A stretch of 64,000 bases of DNA, taken from assembly GCF_044324875.1 (NCBI RefSeq), contig NZ_CP172188.1. One strand, 5' to 3'. A program made the translations under genes and the position numbers. The notes under the pieces were generated by a model, which had not been told where the DNA came from, did no database searches, and saw nothing but the letters and a program-made list of their open reading frames with translations. This stretch comes from Escherichia coli. GTDB lineage: Bacteria > Pseudomonadota > Gammaproteobacteria > Enterobacterales > Enterobacteriaceae. Below, piece after piece: positions 1 to 10,003 of this stretch. Each line of letters begins with the position of its first letter. The stretch's first letter is position 1.

Positions 1-307
1 GGTAGAAACCGTCGAGCAAATCAAGAAAGGCAATATTCCGGAAGGCTACATTGGCTACCGCCAGCTGGCGGCGAAATGCGGCCTGACTGAAGCCAAATGT
101 CGCAACCTTGTCAACGCTTACCGGATTCCCACCGATACACATGAGTTTTTAACTCCAGAGGGGGTATTGTCGCGTCGTTCCATCGTGGCCTTATCTCCCT
201 TCATGAATGCTTTTAACCGGATGATGTCGGAGGCTGAACACCGAGGAAAACGCTGGTATCACCCCAAAATGGGGCAATTCCAGGTGATCGGTTGGGGAGG
301 TGAGTGA
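1..307 (+). CDS. Rha-family antirepressor-like protein, 5'-truncated by window edge (Ant paralog lacking fused C-terminal domain)
   Basis: Frame 2 reads VETVEQIKKGNIPEGYIGYRQLAAKCGLTEAKCRNLVNAYRIPTDTHEFLTPEG..., closely matching the central part of the ORFs at 38647..39588 and 62385..63305; ends at TGA 305..307. Confidence 0.6.
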   Translation, partial: VETVEQIKKGNIPEGYIGYRQLAAKCGLTEAKCRNLVNAYRIPTDTHEFLTPEGVLSRRSIVALSPFMNAFNRMMSEAEHRGKRWYHPKMGQFQVIGWGGE

Positions 308-504
308 TGGACATCATGCAGGCGGTAAAAAAAATCAGGGAAGGACAGGCTGAAGTGTGCCGCCGTAAAGCATGGAGTGTTGGTGTATGGGCCTGGCCTG
401 ATAATTACTCTACTACCGGATGGTTTTGTATTAATGGACTCCAGATCCGGGAAGTTGATTTATCGACGGCTGATATAGTCGGTAATGATTGGATCGTGAC
501 TTGA
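304..504 (+). CDS. small DUF2829/Tad2-like domain protein, stand-alone version of the domain fused to Ant in the other two copies
   Basis: 66 aa; GTG 304 / ATG 307 overlaps upstream stop (TGATG); motifs CRRKAWSVGVWAWP and C-terminal GNDWIV resemble DUF2829 (R-x-x-W ... DW-E/I-V). Confidence 0.45.
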   Translation: MMDIMQAVKKIREGQAEVCRRKAWSVGVWAWPDNYSTTGWFCINGLQIREVDLSTADIVGNDWIVT

Positions 505-512
505 AGCGTGAT

Positions 513-538
513 GCCCCGGCCTGGCCGGGGCTTTTTTC
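513..538. terminator. rho-independent terminator hairpin GCCCCGGCCTGGCCGGGGC + T-run (bidirectional)
   Basis: Perfect GC stem followed by TTTTTT; same hairpin recurs after the other two ant copies (39597, 63314). Confidence 0.6.
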
Positions 539-1022
539 ATGCCTCATTAGTTGAGGTTGCTGCGTCTCCGACTGGTAACAGAGCGGTATTGCGTGGTTCG
601 CCAGCAGGCCAGCGATAGCCAGACACTCTTGATGTTGGGAATGCGCGAATATTAACCGCATCCCCCTGGTTCCCACCCAGGACAAGCAGATCGCCATTGG
701 CGCGGCGTCCGACAACGAAGCCTACGTGCCCACCGCCTACGCGGGTAAATACAACGATACATCCGTATGCCGGTGTATCTAATTTCTCGCCCCAATCCAG
801 ATAGGATTTTGCCGACTCAAATCTTGTTGAGCGGATGCCTACACGTTCCAGCATTGCACCGACAAATGCTGCGCACCACGGAGTTTCATCGTCTTTAATT
901 CCGCCGCGCTTGATGTCGCGCCAGAACTGAACGATTACAGGGTTGTGTTTAGCACCTTTTATTTCAGTCAGGCCAATGTGCTTACGGGCTTCAATTAGCC
1001 AGCGAGGTTCAATGTTTGCCAT
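537..1022 (-). CDS. putative cell-wall hydrolase, NlpC/P60-CHAP-like (TIGR02594-like)
   Basis: 161 aa; candidate Cys (PWCAAFVG) and His (GGGHVGFVVG) catalytic motifs; family assignment from memory. Confidence 0.45.
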   Translation of the reverse strand: MANIEPRWLIEARKHIGLTEIKGAKHNPVIVQFWRDIKRGGIKDDETPWCAAFVGAMLERVGIRSTRFESAKSYLDWGEKLDTPAYGCIVVFTRVGGGHVGFVVGRRANGDLLVLGGNQGDAVNIRAFPTSRVSGYRWPAGEPRNTALLPVGDAATSTNEA

Positions 1023-1097
1023 ATTTTTCTCCCGGTCATGGGTTAATAAGTAGGCAAACTATGGGGAGTATGTGATTTAGACGGTAGTATCGTCCCC

Positions 1098-4000
1098 GTG
1101 AAAATAACATTCTCCATACCCTCTCAACCGTACCGCATAGCGGATTTTTTACGGTTTAGAGGGGGTAATCCTTTGGATAAACTACTTCATTCAATCAGTG
1201 AAGCCTCCAGCTTAGGCGAACTGATTGAAATTGTTAGTCGGTTGCATAAATTACGTGCTGTTGCGACCTTTGGCGTTAAGAAAGTCGATGGTGTCAGCAT
1301 TCAAAAAACACGGCGGGCAGCAAACAACGCCGCAGTAGAGCTTCTTAATTCCCTTCCGCCCGGCTTCGATGGGGCGAAATTAACTGACGAACAACGTCAG
1401 ATTCTTGCCGGGTATACCGGTGAAGGCGGCCTGACAGATGGTGAGGGCAGCCAATACGAATACTACACACCACAGTTTATGGCTGAAGGTATATGGGATC
1501 TGTTTGCTGACTACGGTATTGATGGCGGGCACGTACTGGAACCATCAGCGGGCACAGGTATTTTCCAGGAGACAAAACGGCAGGGCATGATAATGACCAG
1601 CGCCGAACTATCTCCGATTTCCGGTCGAATAAACCAGCTTTTGCACCCGGAAGACGATGTGAATATCGGGGCGTTTGAGGCGCTGGCGGCGAAAGACGCA
1701 ATGTATGACCACGCTGTTGGTAACGTACCGTTTGGTGAAGGGCGTTCCGGCGTTGCCGGGCTTGATCCGGCATATGCAAACGAGAAGAACGTTGGCAATT
1801 ACTTTGTGCTGCGCACGATCGACAAGGTTAAGCCTGGTGGACTAATTGTATTGGTGGTGCCGAATGGCATGACCGATGGTACGAAATACAAAAAATTGCG
1901 CGATAAAGTCAGCCGTAAAGCGGAATTTTTGGGCGCACATCGTATGCCTTCTGGTACGTTCAGCGAATCCGGTACAGATACAGTGGTGGACGTATGGGTA
2001 TTGCGTAAACACCCGGAAACCTTCCTGGAGATGATCCCCGACACGGATGATGCAACGCTCAAGTCGGCAAACGTCCTTTGGGATACCTTCCTCAAAGGGA
2101 AATGGTTTACAACCGAAGGGAAGCGATTTGTTTACGGCGATATGGAGCGTACCAGCTTCCGCAATACCCTGGTGGTGAAAAAGGACGGTCGTGTATCCAA
2201 TGAGTCGATGAAAAACGCTCTATCGCGCCGCTTTGAAAGCCGCATTAATTGGGATTTGCTTGGCGTAACTACTCAGGCATGGCAGGGCGCGAAAGTGGGC
2301 GATAAACGCCTTGTAGGCGGCATCTGGCATGAGTTTGATGGCCTGAAATGGGTCAAGGACGCGACAACCAAATCCTCCGCGCTTGATGTAAATCGATATG
2401 GTGTTACGACGTTTGGTGATCTGCAGATCGCGTTTCAGTCAACAAATGGCATTCTGGCGTTGTCATGGGACCAGATATCGGCGATCGCGTCCGACTATCC
2501 GTCGGTTATCAGTGATGAAGTAGCGGCAATGATTCGCTTTGCTGGCAAGCAGAGAGAAAAAGACAGAGAACGCGTTATGCGCGGCGCACTGATAGGGCAG
2601 TTGATCAACAAGGCGCTTGATAAGCGTAATCTGGGGGAAAATGTTGATGATGAACTTGCTGATGCCGCGCGCCTGGCGGAAGCCGAAATTGCGAAGTATG
2701 GTCCGCCGCACGCGATTAAGCTGAATGGGATTGCTGAAGCTGGCGCTAAAAACTGGATGACTTTCACTGGCAACGTGAAACAGGACGGCTCTGCTTCTGA
2801 CCTCCTTGCTGGACGACTTGATGTAACGGATGGTGCTGCCGGTATTGACTTTACACGCCCGGAACAAGTTGTAACCCACCTTTTCAGTGACGTGGCACTT
2901 AATCCAATCACACTGGACGATTTTCGTGAGGCGTTTGCTGGCGAACTGCCAGAAGACGAAGATGCTGCTCTGGAATACCTGGCGAAATTTGATGATATCG
3001 CTATTGATGGGTATGGCTGCCTGCTGCCGATGGACCGCGCCACCAGCGGCGATATTGCAACCAAAACAGCATTGCTGGTGGGCTGGCGTGATGCGTCAAC
3101 AGGTGAGCAGAAAGCGAACTTTGAGCGTCAGTTGGCGAAAATCGAAGAGAAACGCATTTTCACGCCACTAAATAAAGTCACCGTTAATCTGAACGCCCGC
3201 TGGCTGGATCGCCGCTTGATAAAAGAGTTCCTGGCAGAGCAGGGCTATGACGAGTTTAAGTATACAGAACCCGACCTTAAGGTTGAGGACGGCATTCTGG
3301 TATCTCCGGACGATTACGAAGGTAAGGACGGGGTATTTACTGGCTATCAACTACGAACCGTAAACGGCAAAAACGGGAATGAGTTCAAGAAGGCCAACAA
3401 TAAAGACGGCTTCCTGAACCAGTTAGAAAACTACCTGAACGGCATTAAACCGCGTGGGCAGAACGCTAACGAGTACCTGGATAAGATTGCTCAACTGGAA
3501 ATTAGCTTCAACGACTGGTTACGCACTCACCCGCAGGCTGATCAGATAGCCCGCGACTATAACGACGCATTTAATGGCTTCATCCCGTTTACGCATTCTG
3601 ACGCACCGCTTGGCCTGGAGGGGATTAGTGGGAAGCGCATTCCTCTGACTTATCAGAATGAAGAAGTTCGGCGCTTGTCAGAAGATGGGCGCGGCATCAT
3701 GGGATTTGGTACCGGGCTGGGTAAAACCACGACCGCGCTTGCGCTTGAGGCGTATAACTTCGAAACAGGTCGCACTAAACGCACGTGTATTGTTGTTCCG
3801 AAGGCGGTTTATCAGAACTGGTATCACGAGGCACAGAGCTTCTACAGTGCTGATGCCTTCGCCAATATGATGTTTATCGGTCTGGATGAAGTTCGTGATG
3901 ACAGCGGAAATATTCTGACCGCGCCGGTGCTTGATGAAAATGGCGAACCACGCCTCGACAGTAACGGGCAGCCTCTTACCCGAAATGTTGTGAAAGAGTC

Positions 4001-7000
4001 CGCCAGCGCCGTTATCGTTCAGCGCATGAACATGATCCCGTCGTCAAATTGGCGAACGGTCATCATGACAAAAGAGCAATTCGCGTCTATCCCGCTACGA
4101 GAAGAAACCATTGAGGAAAACTCACAGCAAGCGGTCTTTAATGCTGTGGAAATGGGGCGTCTTGACCTGGCATCTGGCAAACACCGTGACGCGCAGAAGA
4201 AGAACAAGATTAAGGACCAGGCCGCAAATACCGGTACAACGAAGAAGCAGAATATCCCGTACTTTGAGGATATGAACTTCGATAGCGTAATTGCCGACGA
4301 AGGGCATAACTACCGCAACTCCTTTAGCGCCGGGCGCGAAGCGGGGCAACTGGCATATTTGCCTAACCCGGCAGTATCCAAAATGGCCCGCGACATGGCT
4401 GTAAAAGCTGCGTACATGATGAAACGCAACAACGGGCGTGGTGTGGTTATGCTGACGGCAACACCGCTGGTGAACAGCCCGATTGATGCTTTCAACATGC
4501 TGTCTACTGTCATTCCGCAGGAAGAGTGGATGCGCATGGGTATTGTTACGCCGGATGATTTCGTTCGCGTGTTCGGTAAAACAGCCACAGTTCAGGTTCA
4601 GAAAATTTCCGGTGAGGTGGAAGAGAAGCAGGGACTGGTGGGCTTCCAGAACCTGGATGGTCTGCGTGGTATTTTCCATCGCTGGACTACTCTGAAGACT
4701 GCTGCGGACGTCGGGGCGACGGTAAAAATCCCTGATATTGTCGAGAATACCTTGCAGATCCCGATGACAGGAGAGCAAGAGGCCATTTACGAAGAACTTC
4801 GTAAGCGTGCACAGGAGTTAAGTAGTAAAGATGCGCTGACGGTCGATGAAAACGGGCATATCACAAACGAAAAACCGGATGATTTCATCTTCTCCATCAT
4901 CCGCGACATGGATAAGGTTGCTATAGATCCTGATCTGTATGCCAGTGCGATTACATTCCAGTTCCCCGTTGAGCTTGCAGACAAGGTAAAAGCTATTGCT
5001 GATGCCCTGCCAAAAGTAGCTGGCGGTAAAGTGGCAGATGATGTAGACGAGGCCGAAGAAGATGGCGCTGGTGGGCTGGTCAGTACGCGTACCAGCAAGG
5101 TAGTGAAGACCACCTTTAGCGAACATCCGTCGCATGTTGAAATACGTGCTGGCATTGAACTGGAAGCTGAAATACTGAAGGCCATTGCGGCTGCCGGTAT
5201 TGATATGCAGCAGGTATCACACCCCATCCCGCCGAAGTATGCCGCGCTGATCGAAAACCTTCGTGAAGGTCTGAAGAACGGTAAACAAATCGTCTTCATT
5301 GATGAAAAAGCCCAGCACCAGAAGCTGCGCCGTATTATTGCCAGTGCACTGCAAATGCCGGAGCAGGAGATAGGCATTATCAATGCGACGACAGTTAGCC
5401 AGGCTGGCGGCGTCAAGCTGAAGAAGGTGAATAAGCCGACTGAACCTACGCCAAATAAAAACGGTGAATACAAAGAAGGTGCATGGGAAACCTACTACAG
5501 CAAACTTGCCCAATATGAGGATTATCTCTCAGCTAAAAATGATGCTGGCCTTGAGGGCATGGAAGGTATTGCCGCCGACTATAACGAAGGTCGCACGCGC
5601 ATCATAATCTGTAACAAGAAGGCTGAAGTAGGTATTAACTTGCACATCGGGACAACCGATATCCACCATCTGACACTACCCTGGACTCCTGCCAGTATCG
5701 ACCAACGTAATGGGCGCGGCGCTCGGGTAGGCTCACCACAAGAAAAGGTCAATGTTCACTACTATTGTGGCAAAGGCACATTTGATGACTTCCGTCTGGA
5801 TACGCTGAAACGTAAGAAGGACTGGATCAATATGGTGATGACCTCCGACATGTCAGAGATCGCCAATGGTGATGCGGATGACGCAGATGAACGCGCCATT
5901 ATGCTGGCGGCAAATCCGGAAGAACGCCGTGCAATCATGAGTCGTCAGGCGCAAGAGCGTGAAGAACGTCTGAAACTGAAAGCCCTACGCGAAGCCAATA
6001 ATGCTCTCGATAACTACCTGAAAGCGGCGAATGCTGCCGGGAAAGATATCGGCATGATGGAGACAGAACTGAAAAGCGCGATGGAGCAGGTAGAGCATTA
6101 CCAGCGCAATCTTGACGACCTGATTAAAGCGGGGACGAACAGGAACGGGCAGAAATATGTTCTGGAACAGTTGCGAGACTACAGAAAACGTGTGCGGGAG
6201 CTACGCTTTGCGATCACCAGAGCTAAAGACGCTGACACCGTTATGAAACGTTCTCGTGGTGATCTGGAACGTGCGATTAAAGCCGGGGTTCTGGAGCTTG
6301 ATGCCGATGTATTGCAGAACCCACAGGAGTATGTACGCACTGAGAAAAATATCTTGTTGCACAAGGGCAGCCATTATCGCGCGATCATCGATGAGAATCA
6401 CAATACGACAGCAATTGTTCGTGTTACCGCCATTGATGCGGAAAGGGGCGGGTGTACGTGCCGCATATCCTGGCTGGATGTGGCTAGTCGTTACTCTCGT
6501 TCTCCGGGGACGGCATTATTTTTGCCCTTTAACCTGATAATTGAATCGGTAACCTTTGAAGAGGGAGTTGCAGAATCGCGTGAAACAGCTGCACGTGGTG
6601 TTCAATGCCACCAGCTATCAACAACACTTACGCGCGATCAGTTCTATGATGCTATTCGCAATGGGGTAATGAATGTCACTGCCGGGAAGCCTAGTAGAGT
6701 ATGGGGCGGTGGTTCAGCTATTAAATACTGGGCTTATCGCACCGATGATGGTCAGATTGCACTGTCATCGGCTTATGATGGCGTAATAGGTCAAAAAATC
6801 GGGCGAGCATCGGATATAGCGCCTGAGCGGTGGATTTACCCTGATGGCAACGATGAGGCGCTGAAGCGTGAAGTGGCAAAAATACAAGCCAGTGATAACC
6901 CGCTGAATGTCGTGGACGGCGAGGGATTCCTCCAGGCATTGTATGGATATGATTACATCCAGGGAATGCAGGCATGGGGGTCACAGGCCACGATGGATGA

Positions 7001-8012
7001 TGTTTCCCAGGAGTTTGAAAACTGGATGGCAGGGCGTGGTTTGTCCGGTCGCTCACTTAATAAAGTTACTTCTGAAGATATTCTTAGCCTGTTCCGTAAA
7101 CCGTCCGGAGAAGGGCTGGAATCTTTCTGGAAGACCGTGGTGGCATACCGTTTATTCCAGGGCAGGATGAAAGCCTTTAGCAACACTGATGACATTGAAC
7201 GGATGTTTAATCAGGTGAAGGCCGCGAAAATTACGGCGAAAATTGAGAAAACACGAGCTGCGCTGGTGGCCTGGCGCGATGCATTGTTTGAGCAATATAA
7301 ATCACTCAGCGATGCCGATGGCTGGTCGGCATTGGAGCAGCTGGCTAATAATGGTGTCGATGGAGCGAAATTAGCCATTGTTCAGGCCGATAATCCTCTG
7401 GATTCGCCAGCAGCGCAGTGGATTAAGGTGGGGGCTGTCATCAATGCATTTGATGAAAAACACATTAGTAAGGACGATTTTGCTGATGCTGTTTCTGTTA
7501 ATCGCCTGGTAGAAATGGCTACCCGTCGCGCCCGTGAGTTGAAAGACGGCGACTATGTGAATGAGTTGCCGGATGCGCTCAAATCGGCAACGTGGCAGGA
7601 CTATGTATCGCTGAAAAACGGCGGGGCCACTGAATCAGAGATCGCGGAAAGGCTTGAGCAGGCTGAAAGCAAAAGAGAAGAGCAGGCGGCAGTGGCTGAA
7701 TCCAGAGCTGATGAAGCGGCGAATGATGACTATATCATTGTGGTTAATGATAAGCCGATTCGCGCTAAGGCGCGTGTTCGCGGGCGCTGGTGGAGCGTCA
7801 GCGAAGACGTTGGCGCGGTTTATCTCATTGCCGACCAGCCAGGTTCCTCGACAATACGGAACGCCAAAGACGCGATTAAGAAGATTGGCGGGCGTTTCTG
7901 GAATTTTGAAGCAAACCCGGTTGCTGATGTGAACTTTGACCGTCCGGCATGGATGGTATCTACGCGTTACTCGGTAGATGAACTGCGTAAAATAATCGCC
8001 GATGCGGCCTAA
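1098..8012 (+). CDS. darB: DarB-like giant antirestriction protein (N6-adenine DNA methyltransferase + SF2/SNF2-like helicase)
   Basis: 2304 aa single ORF; SAM-binding motif LEPSAGTGIF, catalytic-type motif NVPFG; helicase motifs GFGTGLGKTTT (Walker A), DEGHNYRN (DEAH-like), QRNGRGARVG (motif VI); size and domain order match phage P1 DarB. Confidence 0.8.
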   Translation: MKITFSIPSQPYRIADFLRFRGGNPLDKLLHSISEASSLGELIEIVSRLHKLRAVATFGVKKVDGVSIQKTRRAANNAAVELLNSLPPGFDGAKLTDEQRQILAGYTGEGGLTDGEGSQYEYYTPQFMAEGIWDLFADYGIDGGHVLEPSAGTGIFQETKRQGMIMTSAELSPISGRINQLLHPEDDVNIGAFEALAAKDAMYDHAVGNVPFGEGRSGVAGLDPAYANEKNVGNYFVLRTIDKVKPGGLIVLVVPNGMTDGTKYKKLRDKVSRKAEFLGAHRMPSGTFSESGTDTVVDVWVLRKHPETFLEMIPDTDDATLKSANVLWDTFLKGKWFTTEGKRFVYGDMERTSFRNTLVVKKDGRVSNESMKNALSRRFESRINWDLLGVTTQAWQGAKVGDKRLVGGIWHEFDGLKWVKDATTKSSALDVNRYGVTTFGDLQIAFQSTNGILALSWDQISAIASDYPSVISDEVAAMIRFAGKQREKDRERVMRGALIGQLINKALDKRNLGENVDDELADAARLAEAEIAKYGPPHAIKLNGIAEAGAKNWMTFTGNVKQDGSASDLLAGRLDVTDGAAGIDFTRPEQVVTHLFSDVALNPITLDDFREAFAGELPEDEDAALEYLAKFDDIAIDGYGCLLPMDRATSGDIATKTALLVGWRDASTGEQKANFERQLAKIEEKRIFTPLNKVTVNLNARWLDRRLIKEFLAEQGYDEFKYTEPDLKVEDGILVSPDDYEGKDGVFTGYQLRTVNGKNGNEFKKANNKDGFLNQLENYLNGIKPRGQNANEYLDKIAQLEISFNDWLRTHPQADQIARDYNDAFNGFIPFTHSDAPLGLEGISGKRIPLTYQNEEVRRLSEDGRGIMGFGTGLGKTTTALALEAYNFETGRTKRTCIVVPKAVYQNWYHEAQSFYSADAFANMMFIGLDEVRDDSGNILTAPVLDENGEPRLDSNGQPLTRNVVKESASAVIVQRMNMIPSSNWRTVIMTKEQFASIPLREETIEENSQQAVFNAVEMGRLDLASGKHRDAQKKNKIKDQAANTGTTKKQNIPYFEDMNFDSVIADEGHNYRNSFSAGREAGQLAYLPNPAVSKMARDMAVKAAYMMKRNNGRGVVMLTATPLVNSPIDAFNMLSTVIPQEEWMRMGIVTPDDFVRVFGKTATVQVQKISGEVEEKQGLVGFQNLDGLRGIFHRWTTLKTAADVGATVKIPDIVENTLQIPMTGEQEAIYEELRKRAQELSSKDALTVDENGHITNEKPDDFIFSIIRDMDKVAIDPDLYASAITFQFPVELADKVKAIADALPKVAGGKVADDVDEAEEDGAGGLVSTRTSKVVKTTFSEHPSHVEIRAGIELEAEILKAIAAAGIDMQQVSHPIPPKYAALIENLREGLKNGKQIVFIDEKAQHQKLRRIIASALQMPEQEIGIINATTVSQAGGVKLKKVNKPTEPTPNKNGEYKEGAWETYYSKLAQYEDYLSAKNDAGLEGMEGIAADYNEGRTRIIICNKKAEVGINLHIGTTDIHHLTLPWTPASIDQRNGRGARVGSPQEKVNVHYYCGKGTFDDFRLDTLKRKKDWINMVMTSDMSEIANGDADDADERAIMLAANPEERRAIMSRQAQEREERLKLKALREANNALDNYLKAANAAGKDIGMMETELKSAMEQVEHYQRNLDDLIKAGTNRNGQKYVLEQLRDYRKRVRELRFAITRAKDADTVMKRSRGDLERAIKAGVLELDADVLQNPQEYVRTEKNILLHKGSHYRAIIDENHNTTAIVRVTAIDAERGGCTCRISWLDVASRYSRSPGTALFLPFNLIIESVTFEEGVAESRETAARGVQCHQLSTTLTRDQFYDAIRNGVMNVTAGKPSRVWGGGSAIKYWAYRTDDGQIALSSAYDGVIGQKIGRASDIAPERWIYPDGNDEALKREVAKIQASDNPLNVVDGEGFLQALYGYDYIQGMQAWGSQATMDDVSQEFENWMAGRGLSGRSLNKVTSEDILSLFRKPSGEGLESFWKTVVAYRLFQGRMKAFSNTDDIERMFNQVKAAKITAKIEKTRAALVAWRDALFEQYKSLSDADGWSALEQLANNGVDGAKLAIVQADNPLDSPAAQWIKVGAVINAFDEKHISKDDFADAVSVNRLVEMATRRARELKDGDYVNELPDALKSATWQDYVSLKNGGATESEIAERLEQAESKREEQAAVAESRADEAANDDYIIVVNDKPIRAKARVRGRWWSVSEDVGAVYLIADQPGSSTIRNAKDAIKKIGGRFWNFEANPVADVNFDRPAWMVSTRYSVDELRKIIADAA

Positions 8013-8048
8013 CAGATAAGGAGCGGCCCCAACCGGGGCCGAATTTGA

Positions 8049-8483
8049 ATGACGACACTAATTGACACTGTAAAACCGACGGAATCCTACCTTGAGGAAA
8101 TCTTGCCGCAGGCACTCAATGGCAGGAGTGAAGAAGAATACCTGACAGTTTATCTTGATGGCATGGTAGAAAGGCTGAAGAAAAATCCACAGCTTTATCA
8201 CCTTTATGGTCCGTGGTGGCCCGCGCTCAAAACGATATTGCTGGAGCGCGGCGACATATCATTTGGACAAGTTGTAGATAGTGATGTGGCAGAGATCTAC
8301 AAAATGAGTCGCCCGGCGCTTACGGTTTTGGCTGGGCATCTGTATTCGAGCGATCGCCTGGAAAATGACGCGGTATACAATCCCGTTCATGCTCTGGAAG
8401 TCGCACCTTATGCTGATGATACAGAGCCATACGTGTACACAAGTTACGACGAGTCAATAGAGAAATATCGAATCATGGGGTAG
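8049..8483 (+). CDS. hypothetical protein
   Basis: 144-aa ORF, ATG start, co-directional and tightly spaced after darB. Confidence 0.5.
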   Translation: MTTLIDTVKPTESYLEEILPQALNGRSEEEYLTVYLDGMVERLKKNPQLYHLYGPWWPALKTILLERGDISFGQVVDSDVAEIYKMSRPALTVLAGHLYSSDRLENDAVYNPVHALEVAPYADDTEPYVYTSYDESIEKYRIMG

Positions 8484-8485
8484 CC

Positions 8486-8746
8486 ATGCGAAAGAATCGT
8501 AGGTTTACGGTCGAAGACCTAAAGGAATATTCCATATCGAAGGGGTATGTCCTTGAGTTTCACCGTTACAAGAAGGTTTTTACGCTGCGAAAAGCAGAAA
8601 ACCCAGCGAGCTGGAGCTGGGTATACTTCCCTCATACAGAAGACAAACTGGTAGAGCTTGTTGATGATTTAACCTATGAAGGGTGGTTGATCGCAATCGA
8701 CAAGACAATCACAGAAATATCCGAACCGGATAAAATAAACCTTTAA
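8486..8746 (+). CDS. hypothetical protein
   Basis: 86-aa ORF starting 3 nt after the previous stop. Confidence 0.5.
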   Translation: MRKNRRFTVEDLKEYSISKGYVLEFHRYKKVFTLRKAENPASWSWVYFPHTEDKLVELVDDLTYEGWLIAIDKTITEISEPDKINL

Positions 8747-8885
8747 AAATAACAAGTTGGGTAAATGCCATGCGATTTACCCTCCTTGTTGATTAAGGTC
8801 ACTTTTTACTCTAAAAGCAAATCCTACCTGTTGCATATAGCCCAGCCTTGAGTAGTATCTCTCTTGTTTTACAAATCTAACGCAG

Positions 8886-9377
8886 TTGTTATTATTTCGC
8901 TTATTTACTATCAATGGGTGTGTTAGAAAAATAGCGAGGAAAAGAAGGCGTCGCAGTGAATATTCTGAAACGTCCCCACATGCCGCAGCTCTCAGAGAAC
9001 TGGAGAAAAACCCAGATCTAATCAAAAGGAACCATGAGCATTACGAGCAGGTACGCGTCCTGGATTGGTTGTATCGCAATATGCGCTATGTGTATGAGCA
9101 TACACACGCCACTCCAAACGGCGGTCTGCGAGGCATAAGGACGGCAATAAAAATGGTGGCAGAGGGCCAAAAGAAGGGATATCCCGATCTTTCTATAGAC
9201 CTTGCTTGTGGGGGATACCACGGAATGCGCATTGAGATGAAACATGGGAGAAATCGCCTGACTCCCGAACAACTCGTCTGGATGACTCGCCTCACCGAAG
9301 CAGGTTACTACTGCTTTGAGGCGCGCAGTGCCGCTGAAGCCATAAAAGCTATCACGGAATATGTTTGTCTTGATTAA
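8886..9377 (+). CDS. VRR-NUC domain nuclease (PD-(D/E)XK family); true start uncertain (no in-frame ATG near 5' end, TTG/other likely)
   Basis: C-terminal region ...GYPDLSIDLACGGYHGMRIEMKHGRNRLTPEQLVWMTRLTEAGYY... fits the VRR-NUC pattern (G-x-PD ... E-x-K ... Q..W). Confidence 0.6.
   Translation: MLLFRLFTINGCVRKIARKRRRRSEYSETSPHAAALRELEKNPDLIKRNHEHYEQVRVLDWLYRNMRYVYEHTHATPNGGLRGIRTAIKMVAEGQKKGYPDLSIDLACGGYHGMRIEMKHGRNRLTPEQLVWMTRLTEAGYYCFEARSAAEAIKAITEYVCLD
8918..8934 (+). promoter_or_regulatory. operator-like motif copy (GTGTGTTAGAAAAATAG)
   Basis: Matches the recurrent TGTTAGAAAA core; lies at the 5' end of the VRR-NUC ORF. Confidence 0.45.
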
Positions 9378-9391
9378 ACGGAGAAATCGTT

Positions 9392-9592
9392 TTGCGTTTA
9401 CTTAACGTGGCTGAACTTATCCCTGCTGGTGCTAACGTTGTTGCTCGCCGTCGTTCCTGGCAGCAACCATTGTGTGTTGAGTTGTTGAAACACAGCAATG
9501 GAACAATAGAGGCTCGGAATATTGTCACTGGTGATAAGGTTCACATTACCCCGGAAAGTACAGGCGCTGATGATTGGGAGTTTGTACATTGA
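9392..9592 (+). CDS. small DUF2829/Tad2-like protein
   Basis: 66 aa, TTG start with GAGAAA RBS; VVARRRSWQQP ... ADDWEFVH. Confidence 0.4.
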   Translation: MRLLNVAELIPAGANVVARRRSWQQPLCVELLKHSNGTIEARNIVTGDKVHITPESTGADDWEFVH

Positions 9593-9888
9593 GCAAAAAA
9601 TATCATGTGAACCTGGCGTTTGCCGATGACGCCGGGAGGACGCGGAGCATTACGCTCAACACTGCCCGCAAGGTGGTAACAGCGCCTTTAATCCGGGAAG
9701 CACTCAGGGAGCTGGAAATGGGGGAGAACTCGACCCTTTTGTCGGTTAGTTGGTTAGGGAAAATGTCAGAGAAGGAATACGTAGACGGAGTTACTCCCAT
9801 GACAGCCATGAGGCTGCTTTCATTGCTGCAATGGGCTATCGTACCGGTATGCATCGTGTATTTTATCTACCAGGCAATGACACAATAA
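9574..9888 (+). CDS. hypothetical small protein with C-terminal transmembrane segment
   Basis: 104 aa; hydrophobic C-terminus LLSLLQWAIVPVCIVYFIY. Confidence 0.4.
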   Translation: MGVCTLSKKYHVNLAFADDAGRTRSITLNTARKVVTAPLIREALRELEMGENSTLLSVSWLGKMSEKEYVDGVTPMTAMRLLSLLQWAIVPVCIVYFIYQAMTQ

Positions 9889-9894
9889 CCGCTC

Positions 9895-9922
9895 AAAAAC
9901 CCGCCGATTAGCGGGTTTTTTG
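9895..9922 (+). terminator. rho-independent terminator
   Basis: AAAACCCGCCGATTAGCGGGTTTTTTG hairpin + T-run immediately after the 9574..9888 ORF. Confidence 0.7.
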
Positions 9923-9962
9923 TTTATCACATCTTTCGCTCTTGTTCTCATACTAATAAAAT

Positions 9963-9980
9963 ATGTTAGAAAACTAATTT
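9963..9980 (+). promoter_or_regulatory. operator-like motif copy (ATGTTAGAAAACTAATTT)
   Basis: Consensus copy directly upstream of the 10004..11212 CDS. Confidence 0.5.
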
Positions 9981-10003
9981 TGCAAAAAACAATGGGAACT
10001 GCA

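Noticed and set aside
1477-5513. Numerous 60-230 aa ORFs on the minus strand (for example 1477..1779, 2495..3064, 4122..4778, 4787..5473, 5217..5513)
   Set aside because: All lie antisense inside the 2304-aa DarB-like ORF, which has coherent methyltransferase and helicase motifs; their products are low-complexity, Ser/Ala/Arg-rich and typical of GC-rich antisense frames.
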